Assembly: GCA_964016885.1 (NCBI GenBank)
Contig: OZ024740.1
Location: forward strand, 337,900,001-337,964,000
DNA from: Eledone cirrhosa
Lineage: Eukaryota
DNA length: 64,000 bases
Reading direction: 5' to 3'
In this document: piece by piece, positions 40,231-54,247 of the stretch
How positions within the stretch are numbered: position 1 is the first letter of the stretch
Layout of the letters: each line of letters begins with the position of its first letter
Position numbers and translations under genes: made by a program
Notes under the pieces: generated by a model
What the model saw: the letters and a program-made list of their open reading frames with translations, nothing else
Database searches by the model: none
What the model was told of the DNA's origin: nothing

Positions 40231-42509
40231 TTAGACAGCTAAAGTGTTTATGCCTATAACCTTATTATTTGCATTAACCCATGTTTTAAGTATTGACCCA
40301 ATCTGTCTATAATATTCCTTTGTAACCTTTTCTGTCTAGTTCACTGCTTCTTAAGTATTTGTATGTTTCTCTTATCTTTATCTAACATAATATTAGCATT
40401 CTTAATTGTCCCCTCTTCAACGTTGCTTTGTGCCATTTTTCTCTTCCAAACCTCATATAAGTTCCTCTATTAGATCCATGTACTGTCTATAATAGTATTT
40501 CTAGTAGCTAATCATCTGCAGTGTATAACTTTAGGTTGTCCATATATAATTGATTGCCTCATGCCCAGCAATTTTATTAACATATTGATTAAAGGTTTTA
40601 GGACCAGACAGAAAAAGGAGTGTAGAAAAGAAATCCCTTTGGAATAGGGTTGGGTTTTATAATAACCTGTAACTGTAGATTTGTTTGTCATTTATTCATG
40701 ATGTGTAAAAGGTATCTGCTTATTATTGATGCTCCCTTACTCATCACCAAAATAAACGTGCAAATTCATGCTATTCTCAGTGTCTTTTTCCTTTTAAATT
40801 ATTTGATTTTAGCTTTGTTGTTTAGTAATTGATCTTTACAACTATATGAGCTTTTGTAGTATCCCTTCTGCTCTACTGGAAGCAAGTTAATTTTACAAAT
40901 TATTCATCCTCTGTAATATTATTGCAGTTAAATCTTTGTAAGCTGTAAGAAGGCAGGTTATGGGTTTATAGATTCTAGTTTTATCTGTTTCTAGGTCTCT
41001 GTGATTAGAATAAGTTTTCTTTCATTTTGTCAGTCAGATATTGTTTCCAGTTACTTCAGTATCTTATTAAATGTCTCTAATATAACCTTATTAAATGTCA
41101 CTACTATCACCTTGTTAGCTCTTGCTAGATATTTTAATTAGAAGTTTGAGATTTTATCTCCTGATGCTTTTCTGGTATCAAGATTTTGTAGCATTTGCAT
41201 GTTCTTGTGTTGATATGACCTTACATAATTTTTCAGCTACTGCATTTGTTGTTTTGAACAATCTTGTCCATAGCAATTCTTTCAATGTTTATACTCCTCC
41301 CATAATTCATCAATTTCTCTTGTGCTTGGTGTTGCACTGATTTCTATTTTATTTTTACCTAGTCCTTGATAAAATCGTTTTGGGTTGGAGTAAAATTGTT
41401 TTATTCAAAGAATTATTTTTGCTTTTCATATAGCATTCCTTGCAGTTTAACAAGGATCTCTTGTTCTATGTATTCTTTGATATCAAGTACATTTCATCCT
41501 ATATTTCTGTAGTTTTTATCTCTGCTCTTCTTTTCAGTTGCGTTTACTCATTATTGATGTTAAAAGAATTTAGCAATCTTTTTTCATTTTTTATCTTTTT
41601 CTGCATCTTTGTTTTCCATACTGCTTGCTTGGGTTTTGATATTCACATACAAGTAGATCTCAGAAAATATTCTCTTTTCTTTGAAATATCTGTGGTTGTT
41701 ACAGATATTATTTAAATTAACCTAGTGATACTGATGTTCAAATCTAATCAGGTTTGCATTTTCTTTTCACTGCATTATCTGATATATCATCATCATCCTT
41801 ATTGATATTGTCATAATTTTAGGTAAGTTTTTTTCATGCTGGCATGGGTCGGATAAGTCATAATGTTCAAGACTACATGGATTGAAGAACAATGTCTTTA
41901 TAAATACATTCCATTTTTGACATGATGTTTACAGTTGTATGCCCTTCCTAATGCCAATCACTTTACAACATGTGATAGTGTATTTTATCAAAGCAGCAAC
42001 ACAACCACTTTACAAAGTGTATTGGCTGCATTTTATTCTGGTATCAGCCCAATATATATATATATAGGCCTTCAGAATGTATATTCTTAAGTTAACTACT
42101 CTGATAAAATTCAAATTTTATATGAAAATACTGTGGTTGTTTCATTTTGAATATAAAATTTGACTGAAATATATGCATGTAGGATAGAAATGTATTCCTC
42201 TCGAGTTCATTTATGACTTTTTTGTTATATTTCTAAAACTTAGGTCATAAATGTTCATCTATTTAGATTGTTATTATTTATGTCAAGTACTAAATTTTTT
42301 TTATTTCTGGTGATGCAAATTTTTGCAGACTTTTCATACGTCATCTCCTCCATGAGCTTCAGCGATCTGAGGTCCGCTCTCACCACCATTTATTATAAGA
42401 ACAAATTAAAGTTTAAGCAAAGAATCACTGCTTTCAGCCTTAACGGGATTATATATAAATATAATCTCCAGATTTTAGTCTTCACATTTATTATTACTAT
42501 ATATATAAA

Positions 42510-42930
42510 AGCCGACCTTACCCAATTACACCTCTCAAAAGTGATGACACATGACCGTGACCTCTGATGTCACGCAGTAATACAGAAGACCCGAACCCCC
42601 ATGGGTACAAGCTGAAGTTGAAGCATATAGACAATATGACCCCACACCCTCCCACTGCAAAGTGGTCGTGGAGGCGCCACGGCAAAAAAGCACCCAGCCC
42701 ACACTATAAAATGGATGTGTAGGCACCACGGCAAAAAAACACCCAGCACTCACTGTAAATGAGGTTGGTGTTAGGAAGGGCATCCAGCTGTAGAAATCAA
42801 GCCAGAATCAGTTCCCGTATGAGCAAGACAAGGTAGCCGACTGGCTTCTGCTCACAACAGAACAACCCGTCTAACCCATGCTAGCGTGGAAGAATGGACG
42901 TAAAATTGTGATGATGATGATGATGATGAT
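42510..42930 (+). mobile_element. RTE LINE 3' end
   Basis: DLTQLHLSKVMTHDRDL, then UTR and (GAT)n. Confidence 0.85.
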
Positions 42931-43399
42931 GATATATATATATTGTTTTTATTTGAAGTGTATGCATATGTTATTTACATTTGAAAGAATTAGTTGTTTC
43001 TTTCAGCACTTTCTGGAAACTTAAAATGCTGCTGTTTCAGTTTCAAATTCTTAAAGATGAAAATGTAATTTTAAATGCAAACAAAATACACTCATACACT
43101 TCAAATACAAATGAAATATATCTAAACATTTTAAATGCAGTCAAAATATATTTATATATGACAAAAGAAGTACAACAGAAGTAAATATCCTAACTCTAAT
43201 CAGTTGCTGATTGAAAAAGAATTTATTTTTCAAATGTCAAAAAATAAAAATATTACTTAAAAATAATTAGCTATTTTGAATCTATGGTGTCTAAAAGAAA
43301 AATCCAATGACAGTTTAAAGAAAAAGAAACAGAATTAGAGAGGTTTTAAGAAAGTCATGGCAACAGGCATAAACTGGTTCCATAGACTGGCAACCATGT

Positions 43400-43710
43400 T
43401 TTGTTTATGGGTCCTTTTGAAGGATGCAGTGTCCCAACAGCTAACAAAAGATGCAGGTAGTTTGTTCCATGCTTCAGCAACTCTGAGCATGAATGTTTGT
43501 GAAAGTCATGGGAGCTGTAATGTTTGCTGACTTTGTAAGCATGTCCACGGGTGTTAGACACATGGAATTCAAAAAGGTCCTCAGGGCTGTTGTTAGCATG
43601 ATGGTTAATGATTTTGTGGGTGTCTATCAACTCACTTGCCTGATGTCAGAGCTTTAATATATCCATGCCCAGGGAAGCAAGGCATTCAGAGTATGATAGA
43701 TGCCTGATGA
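43400..43710 (-). mobile_element. CR1 LINE 3' fragment
   Basis: Similar to 10050-10340. Confidence 0.8.
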
Positions 43711-44749
43711 TGCAATCAGTCACTTGGTTGACCACTGGGATAGTGGGTACTGACATGTAGAGAGAGACAATGTTACAGAAAAAGGTGTATCTTTTATGTT
43801 TAATTCAGTTTGGTTGAGGTTGCTGAAGTCTCTGGATGACCTCTTCAGAGTTGCTGATATCTGGTAAAGGTAAAGAGTATGGGTTTGAGAATCTATTAGA
43901 AGAATCGAGAGATTTTATAAAGAGGCCCTTCTATGTTAGAGAAAGTGAGTCTGATCTTGAGTTTAGGGCCAATGTTAGGAGTTTAATGAGGGACTAGAAA
44001 GTTGGCAACCTACTATTTCTAGTGGTGAGATTGGTTTTGTTTTTTGTTAGGAATTTGTCAACACGTGCCCAGGTGGTATTAATGAATTATTTTTTTTAAG
44101 TTCATCTTCACATTTCTATAATGAAAATATTTAGTCCCAACTATATCCAACCATGTCACATTCTTAACTGTTAAATAATGGGACCAGGGTTTGCCAGTTG
44201 CACCAAATCCACATGGGCCTTTAACTATTGAAGGGTCACAAAAGTGTCATCTCTGGTGAAGCCCACTCTTCTTCAAGTCAGAACATAGTTGATTTCATCC
44301 AGAGAGAGAGAGATAGAGATATGTGCATGCATGTGTAGAGTATTCTTTAAATATGCTCATAGTATGGCTTTGTATTGAACTAAAAGTAGAGTTTCAATTT
44401 TCTAAATTACTCATGGTCCTACTTAATAAGAAACATGTTATAGTTATATAGAAACAACTCTTTAGTTTTCACAGAGTCAGCTAATGTGTATTATAGGTGT
44501 TACTTGATACTTTAATAAACTGAATATTTAATTATTATGCAGTATTGGTGTTTAGGAAATTACTTAACAGTTATCAAATTAATATCACACCAGTATGCAA
44601 ATTAATTATCACTTGAGAAATCTATGAAGCAATTTCTATATGAGTTTAAACATATTATCATAATATTTAAATAAAACTAATGATAAATACAAACCAAGCA
44701 GTCTGTTCAATATTTACATAGTGATAGCCAAAACTTGATATATACATAC

Positions 44750-45070
44750 CTGGCGCTCTGTTAGTTACGATGATGAGGGTTCTAATTGTTCCGAACAATG
44801 GAACAGCCTGCTCATGAAATTAACGAACAAGTGGCTGAGCATTCCAAAGACACGCGTACCCTTAATGTAAATCTCAGGGAGATTCAGTGTGACTTAGAAT
44901 GTGACAAGACTGTCCCTTCGAATTACAGGTACAACTCATTCTTGCCAGCTGAGTAGGACTGGAGCAACATGAAATAAAGATCTTGCTCAAGGACACAACG
45001 CACCGCCGGGAATCAAACTCATGACCTTATGATTGTGAGCCAAATACCCTAACCACAAAGACTCATGCCT
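44750..45070 (-). mobile_element. tRNA SINE family B variant
   Basis: Minus strand box B GAGTTTGATTC and CCTTGAGCAAG core. Confidence 0.7.
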
Positions 45071-45124
45071 TCACTGATACATACATACACACATAAATAC
45101 GTAAATACGTATATATATATATAT

Positions 45125-47470
45125 AGGAAGCAGAGGAAAGAAAGTTCAAGCATGTTCTACAATGTGAGGGCCAAAAACGCGATGTGTTCAGGATTGCTAG
45201 ACATTGTGTCAAGGAAAACCGTGATATTGTCGGGGAGAAGTGTGTCCGTAATGATAATGGTGTATTTTCCCTCACTGATGCTAATAAGAAGATAGCCTGG
45301 AAGTGTCACTACGAGAGACTATTAAATGAAGAGGATAAGTGGGAAAAAGATAGTCTGCCCCAAATCGATCCAATAGAAGGACCAGCGGTGCGAGTTAAAG
45401 GTAGTATAATAAGTAACACAATCAAAGATATGAAGACAAGCAAGGCAGCTGGGCCTTCGGAGATAGTTGCTGAGATGTTGAAGGCATCTGGAATGGTGGG
45501 ACATACTATGGTCACCGTATAGTTAACCAAGTCATACAGAATGGGGTCATACCAAAAGACTGGCGTAGCAGCATCATTATTAACTGCTACAAGGGTAAAG
45601 GAGATGCTCTAGATAGGGGAAACTATAGAGGCATTAAGTTAGTTGAGCAGGTCATGAAGGTCACAGAAAGAGTTATAGCGCAACTAATCAGAGAGCGAAT
45701 TGATCTAGATGAAATGCAGTTTGGGTTTGTGTCAGGTAAAAGTACCACAGACGCTCTTTTCCTTGTACGACAACTACAAGAGAAGTACCTAGCTAAAAGT
45801 AAACCCCTCTACTTAGCTTTTGTAGACCTGGAAAAAGCCTTTGACAGAGTCCCCAGCTCCATTATCTGGTGGGCTCTTAGAAAACTAGATGTAGATGAAT
45901 GGCTTGTGAGAGCTATACAAGCTATGTATAATGAAACAGTCAGTAAGGTTAGAATTAACAATGAATATTGTGAAGAATTTAGTGTAAAATTTAGTGTAAA
46001 AGTTGGTGTTCACCAAGGCTCTGTCCTTAGCCCTCTCCTATTTATTATTGCCCTTCAGGCTATAACAGAGGAGTTCAAGACCGGCTGCCCATGGGAACTC
46101 CTATACGCAGATGATCTAACGCTCATAGCTGAATCAATGGCTGAACCAGAAAAGAAATTCCAAACATGGAAGCATGGCCTAAAATCAAAAGGCCTTAAAG
46201 TTAACTTGTCTAAGACTAAAGTCCTAGTTTGTAGAAAGGAAAATAAGGCACAGGTACCCTCAGAGAAATGGCCTTGCTCAGTGTGTAGGAAAGGAGTAGG
46301 CAGAAATTAAATTTTATGTCCCAAATGCAAATTATGGGTACGTAAAAGATGTAGTGGGATCACAGGTAAACTATCTAAGAACGTAGACTTTATATGTAGC
46401 CGATGCTCAGGTGCAATAGGTAGCGAGTGTCCAACAGGATACTAGCTCCTTCTACTGCCCAGATGGTTCTATAGAAATAGTAGACACTTTCCGTTACCTG
46501 GGTGACAAAATCAGCAGTGGTGGAAGGTGTTCTGAAAGTACAGTAGCCAGAGTCAGAACGGGATGGAAAAAGGTTCAGAGAGCTTATACCGCTGTTGGCC
46601 ACAAAAGGTTTCTCTCTAAAAATGAAAGGCAGAATGTATGATGCTTGTATACGAACAGCAATGCTACATGGCAGTGAGACATGGGCATTGCGTGCAGAAG
46701 ACCTGCGTAAACTGGTACGGAATGAAGCATGCATGCTCCGTTGGATGTGTAATAGTAATATACGTGAATGGCAAAGCATAAGTGAACTAAGTGAGAAATT
46801 AGGAATAAGAGGGATCAGATGCTGTTTACTCGAGAGAAGACTACGTTGGTATGGTCACGTGATGCGCATGAAAGACGACAGCTGTATAAAAAAGTGCAGG
46901 GCGATCAAAATTGATGGTAGTTACGGAGTAGGTAGACCCAGAAAAACCTGGGACGATCTGATAAATTCCGACCTTACACACTTGCACCTCTCTAAGACAA
47001 TGTCACTGGACCGAGATCTTTGGCGCTACGCAGTAATGCAGAAGACCCGCCTTGCCTATGTACAAAGTGAAACCTACAGTCAGTAGGCATCTCTTAACCA
47101 AATATACACCCCAATCCACTACCCCTACCATATCCTCCCACTCCCACCAACCTCTCTCTATAAAGTTGGTACCACAACATCCAGTCCAAATAAATGAGAT
47201 AAATGAGATCGAGATTGTGTAGGTGTCATGAGAAAAAAACACACAGTCCACGCTGTAATGTGGTCGTGTAGGTAACACGGTAAAAAGTTCCCAGTTCCAC
47301 ACTGTAAATGTGGTTGGTGTTAGGAAAGACAACTAGCCGTAGAAAACCTGTCAGATAGTCCTATATGAGTGAGACACGGTCACCAGACCAAACCTTGCCT
47401 CAAGTGGGACAACTCCCGTCTAACCCATGCTAGCGTGGAAAATGGACGTTAAACGAAGGTGATGATGATG
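45125..47470 (+). mobile_element. RTE-clade LINE, 5'-truncated, disrupted RT ORF
   Basis: QFGFVSGKSTTDA, AFVDLEKAFDRVP, GVHQGSVLSPLLF, LLYADDL, RRLRWYGHVMR, GRPRKTW; (GAT)n tail; inserted in (TA)n. Confidence 0.95.
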
Positions 47471-47482
47471 ATATATATATAC

Positions 47483-47544
<62 letters not shown>

Positions 47545-48160
47545 GTATATATTAATCTCCAGAGTCTAGCTATTGAGCAGTTAATTTTATTGATTTTTTC
47601 AGTTACTTATATTGACTGTTGAATAGCTCTGTTATATTTAACCATTCTGTCGAGAGCTTTATTCGATTTGTGATATTTTGCATTCTCGCAATAATACACA
47701 ACTGAATCATTCGCTTAATAGAGGTGTTACCTCCCTTGCTGAATCCCACGAGGGGTCAGTAATAGCCACACTATCTATAGCATCTTGGAGCAAAACCCGT
47801 TGATAACACGACTGCCTTGTTCATCATCTCACCAGAAGCCCAACATTCTTTATGTAGGCGGACAGTACCTGATTTGGAGTCGCAGAAACCAATACTGGAT
47901 TTTACCATCAGTCCAGGGTCCGGGAAAGTATCAACACATATATTTTTATTGTTTGACCCGAATTACTTGGTCGTTTTGTTTTGGCTGTGCGGATGATATG
48001 TTTAACCATCATCTCAGTGTGTTTGGCCCTTAACGTATGTTGTAGCTCTGATTCATATGATTCATCGAGCGCTTGCCACACATATCGGACGTTGATTTTC
48101 GTTAATTCCTGAGCTGAAAACGATTCTCGCTAATTTATATTTGTATATATATATATATAT

Positions 48161-48581
48161 ATATATAAGGTATATATTGAGTTAGAAACTCAAAATAGTC
48201 TCTTACATTTAAATAGCTCAAGGAAAGAGATTTTTCCGAGCCGTATATTATAATTGAATATAAAAGAGAAATAAACACAGATATATAGACATATGTGTTC
48301 AAATCATAAGGGACCAGGATCACTAGGGTGACCGGTTTGTATTTATTTTCTTGATTTATTCTTTTAAATTGAGTCTGGCAAACCCTTATCGCTATAGTTA
48401 GTATTTTTTTCACCCTAGCGATCCTGGTACCTTACAATTTGAACACATATGTCTATATATCTGTGTTTATTTCTCTTTTAGATTTAATTATAATATACGG
48501 CTTGGAAAAATCTCTTTCCTTGAGCTATTTAATTGTAAGAGACTATTTTGAGTTTCTAACTCAATATATACCTTTTATATA
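48161..48581. repeat. Fold-back element with ~170-bp inverted arms
   Basis: 48161-48331 is the reverse complement of 48410-48581. Confidence 0.9.
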
Positions 48582-48689
48582 TTCGGCTCCGTCAATTTGT
48601 AGAGTTAACTTAAATGTTGAGTAAACTTTTAATAATCATTTTACCCACCACTTTACCCACAATAATTATTTATTGTGTCCAGCGATTCT

Positions 48690-49110
48690 TTACTGAGACA
48701 TTCTAACCACATGCTCATAATATCGGAGTTGTGATCTCTCAATTTGGAGAAGTAGCGGCTCTACCAGGAGTGACTCTCTGGTCTCTGAGCTATGCTCTTT
48801 ATCGATTAACGTTACTCCAAAGACCCTTCGGAGGAATCCCATTTCTGCCTCTTTTATTTGCAATTGTATTCTTTTGGTCATTACTCAAGATTCATGATCC
48901 TCGGTAAGTGTTGGCAGGAATAACAGGAAGACAGCAGTTTGGCTTTTACACTTACCCCCACCTTCATCTGATTGATGAGGCTGGCACATTACAGCATCAA
49001 CTTTTGCAATTCTTGCACTTAAATCAGCCTCCTGCATTCCATCACTCATGTACACGGCTTCAAGATACTTGAACTTCTCTAACTGCTTCTGTAGAACTCC
49101 ATTCACATGT
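48690..49110 (-). mobile_element. RTE/Expander-like LINE fragment
   Basis: EKFKYL, AEMGFLRRV...IERSQLRYYEHVVRM. Confidence 0.75.
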
Positions 49111-49304
49111 ATATAAATTTGAGGGACCTCTGTCCATCACGCAATGTGTATGTGTGTTTGTGTGAATGTATGTGTGCGTAAAAGGAAGGAAAGAGATACA
49201 CACATATATATGTCTAACTTAAAAACAGTGACACACACACACGTGTCTCTAATTTAAGAACGCCGACAAATTCACGTGCGCGCACATACAGACACTGTCC
49301 TATT

Positions 49305-49960
49305 ACCACTCAAGAGCTTTGGGCTGGGCAAACATCCCCTCAATTTTGGAACCGTCTGGGTTGTCCTGAATTGAAGGGAAATACTTGACGGTCTTACTCT
49401 GTGCTCCTGGTCAAGAGGCAGGTGCCTTACCTGGGACGTCAAGTTAGTGACTCTTTTGCTTCTTCCCACATTCTAGATACAGCGGTAAGGGGGAGAGCTA
49501 CAGCATCCGCAGCTGAATGGAACAAAATCCTAAAATACCGTCTTCTGTCAGCTAACTACATTATCCAGCCTGTGGCATTCGAGACGTTTGGGGAGTCGGG
49601 CTACTGACAGCGAGATTCTTATCTTCACTGGCGGCTCGCCTAACAGAGGTAACTGGTGATGCTCATGAGGCCACTTGGTTGTTCCAGCACCTCAGCCTCG
49701 CCATCACCCCAGGTAATGCTGCGAGCATGTTGGCCTGCCTAAAAAAAATTAGAGATGTTTCCCAGTGCTCCTCACTATATTGCTATCTTTTGCTCTGGTA
49801 GCAGCTCGTTTCCACTATTTCGCCTGCATATCGTTCTGTGGTCTAAGATGTGTGTATTACCTGTTTGTGTATTTTTTCTCTTTCTTTTTTCCTTTCCCTT
49901 TCCTTTGTATATATTATATTTGTTAGTGTTTTCGTTTTGTAACCATTATATTAAACTAGC
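49305..49960 (+). mobile_element. CRE-like RLE LINE 3' fragment
   Basis: RALGWANIPSILEPSGL...DGLTLCSWSRGRCLTWD...PVAFETFG...LFQHLSLAI..GNAA. Confidence 0.75.
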
Positions 49961-50357
49961 AGAAAAACCACCCAATACATTTCCAATTTCACCGAACACT
50001 GCTATCATGACTCTGTGTGTTTGTGTAAATATATGTGTGAATGTATGTACATTTGCGTGAAAGTATGTGTGAATGTATGTGTATTTGCGTGAATTATGTC
50101 TGCGAGGGTGTAATTTTATAAGTTTGTGTTTGCTCGATTATAGTTATATACTCATATGCGTCAGTGTGTAGAAAATTGTAATCTCTCTACCCCTCTCATC
50201 ACACACTCTCTCTTTCTATATATATATGGTAGTTGAAGTGGTGGTGGTGGCGGCGATATACCGGAAGTGCAACTTTGAAAAGAAGTCAATTTTAAATTAT
50301 TTATTTTTACGAAATTTACTACATAGATTATGTAATGTTCATTCATTATTTATTCAA

Positions 50358-50455
50358 AGGTTAACTTTGCCTTTCATCCTTACGGAGTCGATAAAATAAA
50401 GTACCAGTAATACACTGGGATAATTGCTGGCCTTGTGCCAAAAGTAGAAATAATT
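50358..50455 (+). mobile_element. SINE family A 3' half
   Basis: Body match; flanking duplication ATTATTTATTCAAAG. Confidence 0.75.
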
Positions 50456-50549
50456 ATTTATTCAAAGTAATCCAACTTATTTTACTAACTGGATTAAAAT
50501 AAATAAACCGTACGCAGTCCCGCAGACCTTCCTTTATTATAGTTTAGAT

Positions 50550-50878
50550 ATATATAGAGAGGGGAGGGGGTTATACTATATTTAAATAGAGGGGTTTATA
50601 ATATAGAGAAAGGGATGGGTTATAATATATAGAGAGAAGGGGGTTATAATATAGAGAGAGGGGGTTATAATATAGAGAAAGGAGGGTTAAAATATATATA
50701 CAGAGAGGGGGTTAAATATATATATAGAGAGAGGAGTGTTATAATATTTAGAGAGGGTGGTTTTAATATATAGAGAAAGGAATGGGTTTATATATAGAGA
50801 GAGGAGGGTTTTGATATATTTAGAGATAGGGGGTTATAATATAGAGAGAGGGGGTTATAATATAGAGAAAGGGGATTA
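50550..50878. repeat. ~20-24-bp degenerate minisatellite
   Basis: Unit ~TATAGAGAGAGGGGGTTATAA. Confidence 0.85.
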
Positions 50879-50959
50879 TCCATGAATTTTTTCACTTGTC
50901 CAGCTAGTCCATCATAATTTTATGTAAGAATCTTTTAAATTATGCCACAAACATTAGAT

Positions 50960-51200
50960 AACATTTTAGCATTTAAACCGGCCACATCTGGACAGAATTC
51001 TCTCACCTCTTTCTGTCCAAACTGGCTGTAAATGATCACTCATACTTATGTTAAGGTATTGTTCTCAAAATAAATAATATCAAGATCTCATAGGTTTCAT
51101 AATATGAGATAATTATGTGAGGTAAAGCCTTTACTGTGAAAATATAATAGTAAATATAGAGTAATGTAAATGCTAAGTAATGTAAATGCTAAGAAAGTTA
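50960..51200. mobile_element. MITE family copy
   Basis: TTTAGCATTT...AAATGCTAAG ends; matches 787-1018. Confidence 0.6.
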
Positions 51201-51754
51201 GTTATACAACTAAATCCCTCCAAATTCTTGATTATTTAAAAAATTATTATAGCAGCAATTTCTCCCTCAATTCATACTCTTCTAGCTTGAAAAGAGAGAA
51301 ACACACATAGGATAAAGTAGACCTAAATATGAAATGCCTGAGAGTAGAATTGGGTGGCCATGGCTAAAACCCCATTGATGATATATCTTTGAGCAATTAG
51401 GACAAATCTGGAGATGAATAACAACAACAACATATGTGACAGCAACAACAAATCAGCAATTACAACTGCAGAAAAATGATGTGACCTGTAATATTTGGTT
51501 CATAGCCAGTTGAATAAATCACAACTGAAAATGAGTTGGTGCCATGTGAAGCATCAGAAAATAAAGAGGTGGTTAGTTTTAATGTGAAATTATTGACCAA
51601 TATGAGAAAGGTTACAAGAGTCAATGGAGAAACTCAACATAAATCTAATTAGGTTTCCATATAGACGTGTTTTCAATTAAATATACAAATATATATGTGT
51701 GCGTGTGTGTGTATTAAGTCCCATCTCACACATCCACTTATATATATATATATA

Positions 51755-52835
51755 GATTTTACATGTGGCCGGTGCTCTGGTGCAATAAGTAGCAGCAAGT
51801 GCCCACAAACTACTAGCTCTTTCAATTGCGCAGAGGGTTCTATAGAAATAGTGGACAGCTTCCGTTACCTGGGCGATAAAATCAGCAGTGGGGGAGGGTG
51901 CTCTGAAAGTACTGTAGCTAGAGTCAGAACTGGTTGGAAAAAGTTCAGAGAGCTTATACCACTATTAGCTGCTAAAGGGTTCTCACTAAAAATGAAAGGC
52001 AGGTTGTACGATGCCTGCATACGAACAGCAATGCTGCATGGCAGTGAGACCTGGGCATTGTGTGCAGAGGATATACGCAGACTAGAGAGGAACGAAGCTT
52101 GCATGCTCCGCTGGATGTGTAACAGTAATATACGTGAACGGCAAAGCATAAACGAACTAAGGAAAAAATTAGAGATAAGAGGGATCAGATGTTGTTTACT
52201 CGAGAGAAGGCTACGTTGGTATGGACACGTGATGCGCATGAAAGTCGATAGCTGTATAACAAAGTGCAGGGCAATAAAGATAGACGGTAGTCACGGAATA
52301 GGCAGACCTAGAAAAACCTGGGACGAGCTGATAAACTCCGACATCACACACTTACACCTCTCCAAGACAATGTCACTGGACCGAGACCTTTGGCGGTACT
52401 CAGTAACAGAGAAGACCCGCCTTACCTAAATATATAGTAAAACCTACTCCAGCCAGTAGGCATCTCTAACAAAATACACCCCGTCCCACCACCACCACCC
52501 CCACCCGATCCACACCACCCCGTTCTATGTAAAGTTATGTTGGTGCCGCGCCATCGAGGCCGAAACAAATGAGATCGTGTAGGTGTCACGACAAAAAAAC
52601 ACACAGTCCACGCTGTAATGTGGCCGTGTAGGCAACACGGTAAAAACCTCCCAGACCCACACTGTAAATGTGGTTGGTGTTAGGAAGGGCATCCAACTGT
52701 AGAAAACCTGCCAGACAGTCCTATGCGAGCAAGACAATCACTCTTGCCTCAAGTGGGACTACCCCCGTCCAAACCCATGCAAGCGTGGAACACGGACGTT
52801 AAACGTTGATGATGATGATGATGATGATGATGATA
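51755..52835 (+). mobile_element. RTE LINE 3' fragment with open C-terminal ORF
   Basis: FRYLGD...RTGWKKFREL...AMLHGSETW...RRLRWYGHVMR...GRPRKTW. Confidence 0.9.
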
Positions 52836-52837
52836 TA

Positions 52838-53625
52838 TCATCATCATCTTCGTTTAACGTCCAGTTTCCATGCTAGCATGGGTTAGACGGGAGTTGTCCC
52901 ACTTGAGGCAAGGTTTGGTCGGGTGACCATGTCTCGCTCATATAGGACTATCTGGCAGGTTTTCTACGGCTGGATGCCCTTCCTAACACCAACCACATTT
53001 ACAGTGTGGAACTGGGAACTTTTTAACGTGCTACCTACATGGCCACTTGCAGCGTGGACTGTGTGTTTTTTTTCTCATGACACCTACACAATCTCGATCT
53101 CATTTATCTCATTTATTTGGACTGGATGTTGTGGTACCAACTTTATAGAGAGGGGGTGGTGTTGGTGGGAGTGGGAGGATAGGATAGGGGTAGTGGATTG
53201 GGGTGTATATTTGGTTAAGAGGTGCCTACTGACTGTAGGTTTCGCTTTGTACATAGGCAAAGCGGGTCTTCTGTATTACTGCGTAGTGCCAAAGATCTCG
53301 GTCCAGTGACATTGTCTTAGAGAGGTGCAAGTGTGTAAGGTCAGAATTTATCAGATCGTCCCAGGTTTTTCTGAGTCTACCTACTCCGTAACTACCATCA
53401 ATTTTGATCGCCCTGCACTTTTTTATACAGCTGTCGTCTTTCATGCACATCACGTGTCCATACCAACGTAGTCTTCTCTCAAGTAAACAGCATCTGATCC
53501 CTCTTATTCCTAATTTCTCACTTAGTTCACTTATGCTTTGCCATTCACGTATATTACTATTACACATCCAACGGAGCATGCATGCTTCATTCCATTCCAG
53601 TCTACGCAGGTCCCCTGCACGCAAT
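52838..53625 (-). mobile_element. RTE LINE 3' fragment
   Basis: Near-identical to 46690-47470 in reverse. Confidence 0.9.
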
Positions 53626-53727
53626 GTATATATATACACGAATGGAGAGATGTTGTGCTGAAGAGGATCCATCCCACTCTTGCAAGCAAGGAAAAGCGGA
53701 CATAAAATGATGATGAGGATGATGATA

Positions 53728-54232
53728 TCTATATATATAAAGTTGTATTCCTGTTTGTTTGTTTGTTTGTTTGTTCATGAACTCCTCCTATGGTTTTGGA
53801 GATAGACCCCCGTAACCACATATAATCTGAAACTACACTGCCCAGGTTTCTTGAATAAGTATATTTCATTTTAATCAAAGGGTTCCCCGAGGGCACAAAC
53901 CCCTGATGAAAATCCCAGCTGAAAATGTTTTCCCTTCGATTTATATGAAATTTAATCCATAGGTAAATGACAAATATGATGCCTATCCACAAAAGTTTTT
54001 AAAAAAATTATTTACAAGAAACAAAATAAGAATATGAGTTAATAATGTAATTTTGATTTGATATATTACAAAAAATAACGTTTTCCAATTTTTCATGCAT
54101 TGCATTTTACATTGAGTAATATTGAAATGCAGAGTTTTTCTCCCAAAATTATATCACTGATTTAAAATAGATCATCATTTTCTTACAAAAAACAAAGTGT
54201 CAAACGCAGCAAGGCATGGGTAATTCGGCTAG
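53728..54232 (+). mobile_element. Non-autonomous Helitron-like element
   Basis: Starts TCTATATATATAAA after an A, internal (TTTG)n, ends ...CGGCTAG before a T; no TSD. Confidence 0.6.
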
Positions 54233-54247
54233 TATATATATATATAC

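Noticed and set aside
43815-43858. Minus-strand CTGAAGA-GGTC..GACT hammerhead
   Set aside because: GAAA and stem I are absent; at best a decayed copy
50470-50548. Second Helitron (minus-strand TC start)
   Set aside because: No matching CTAG 3' end was found
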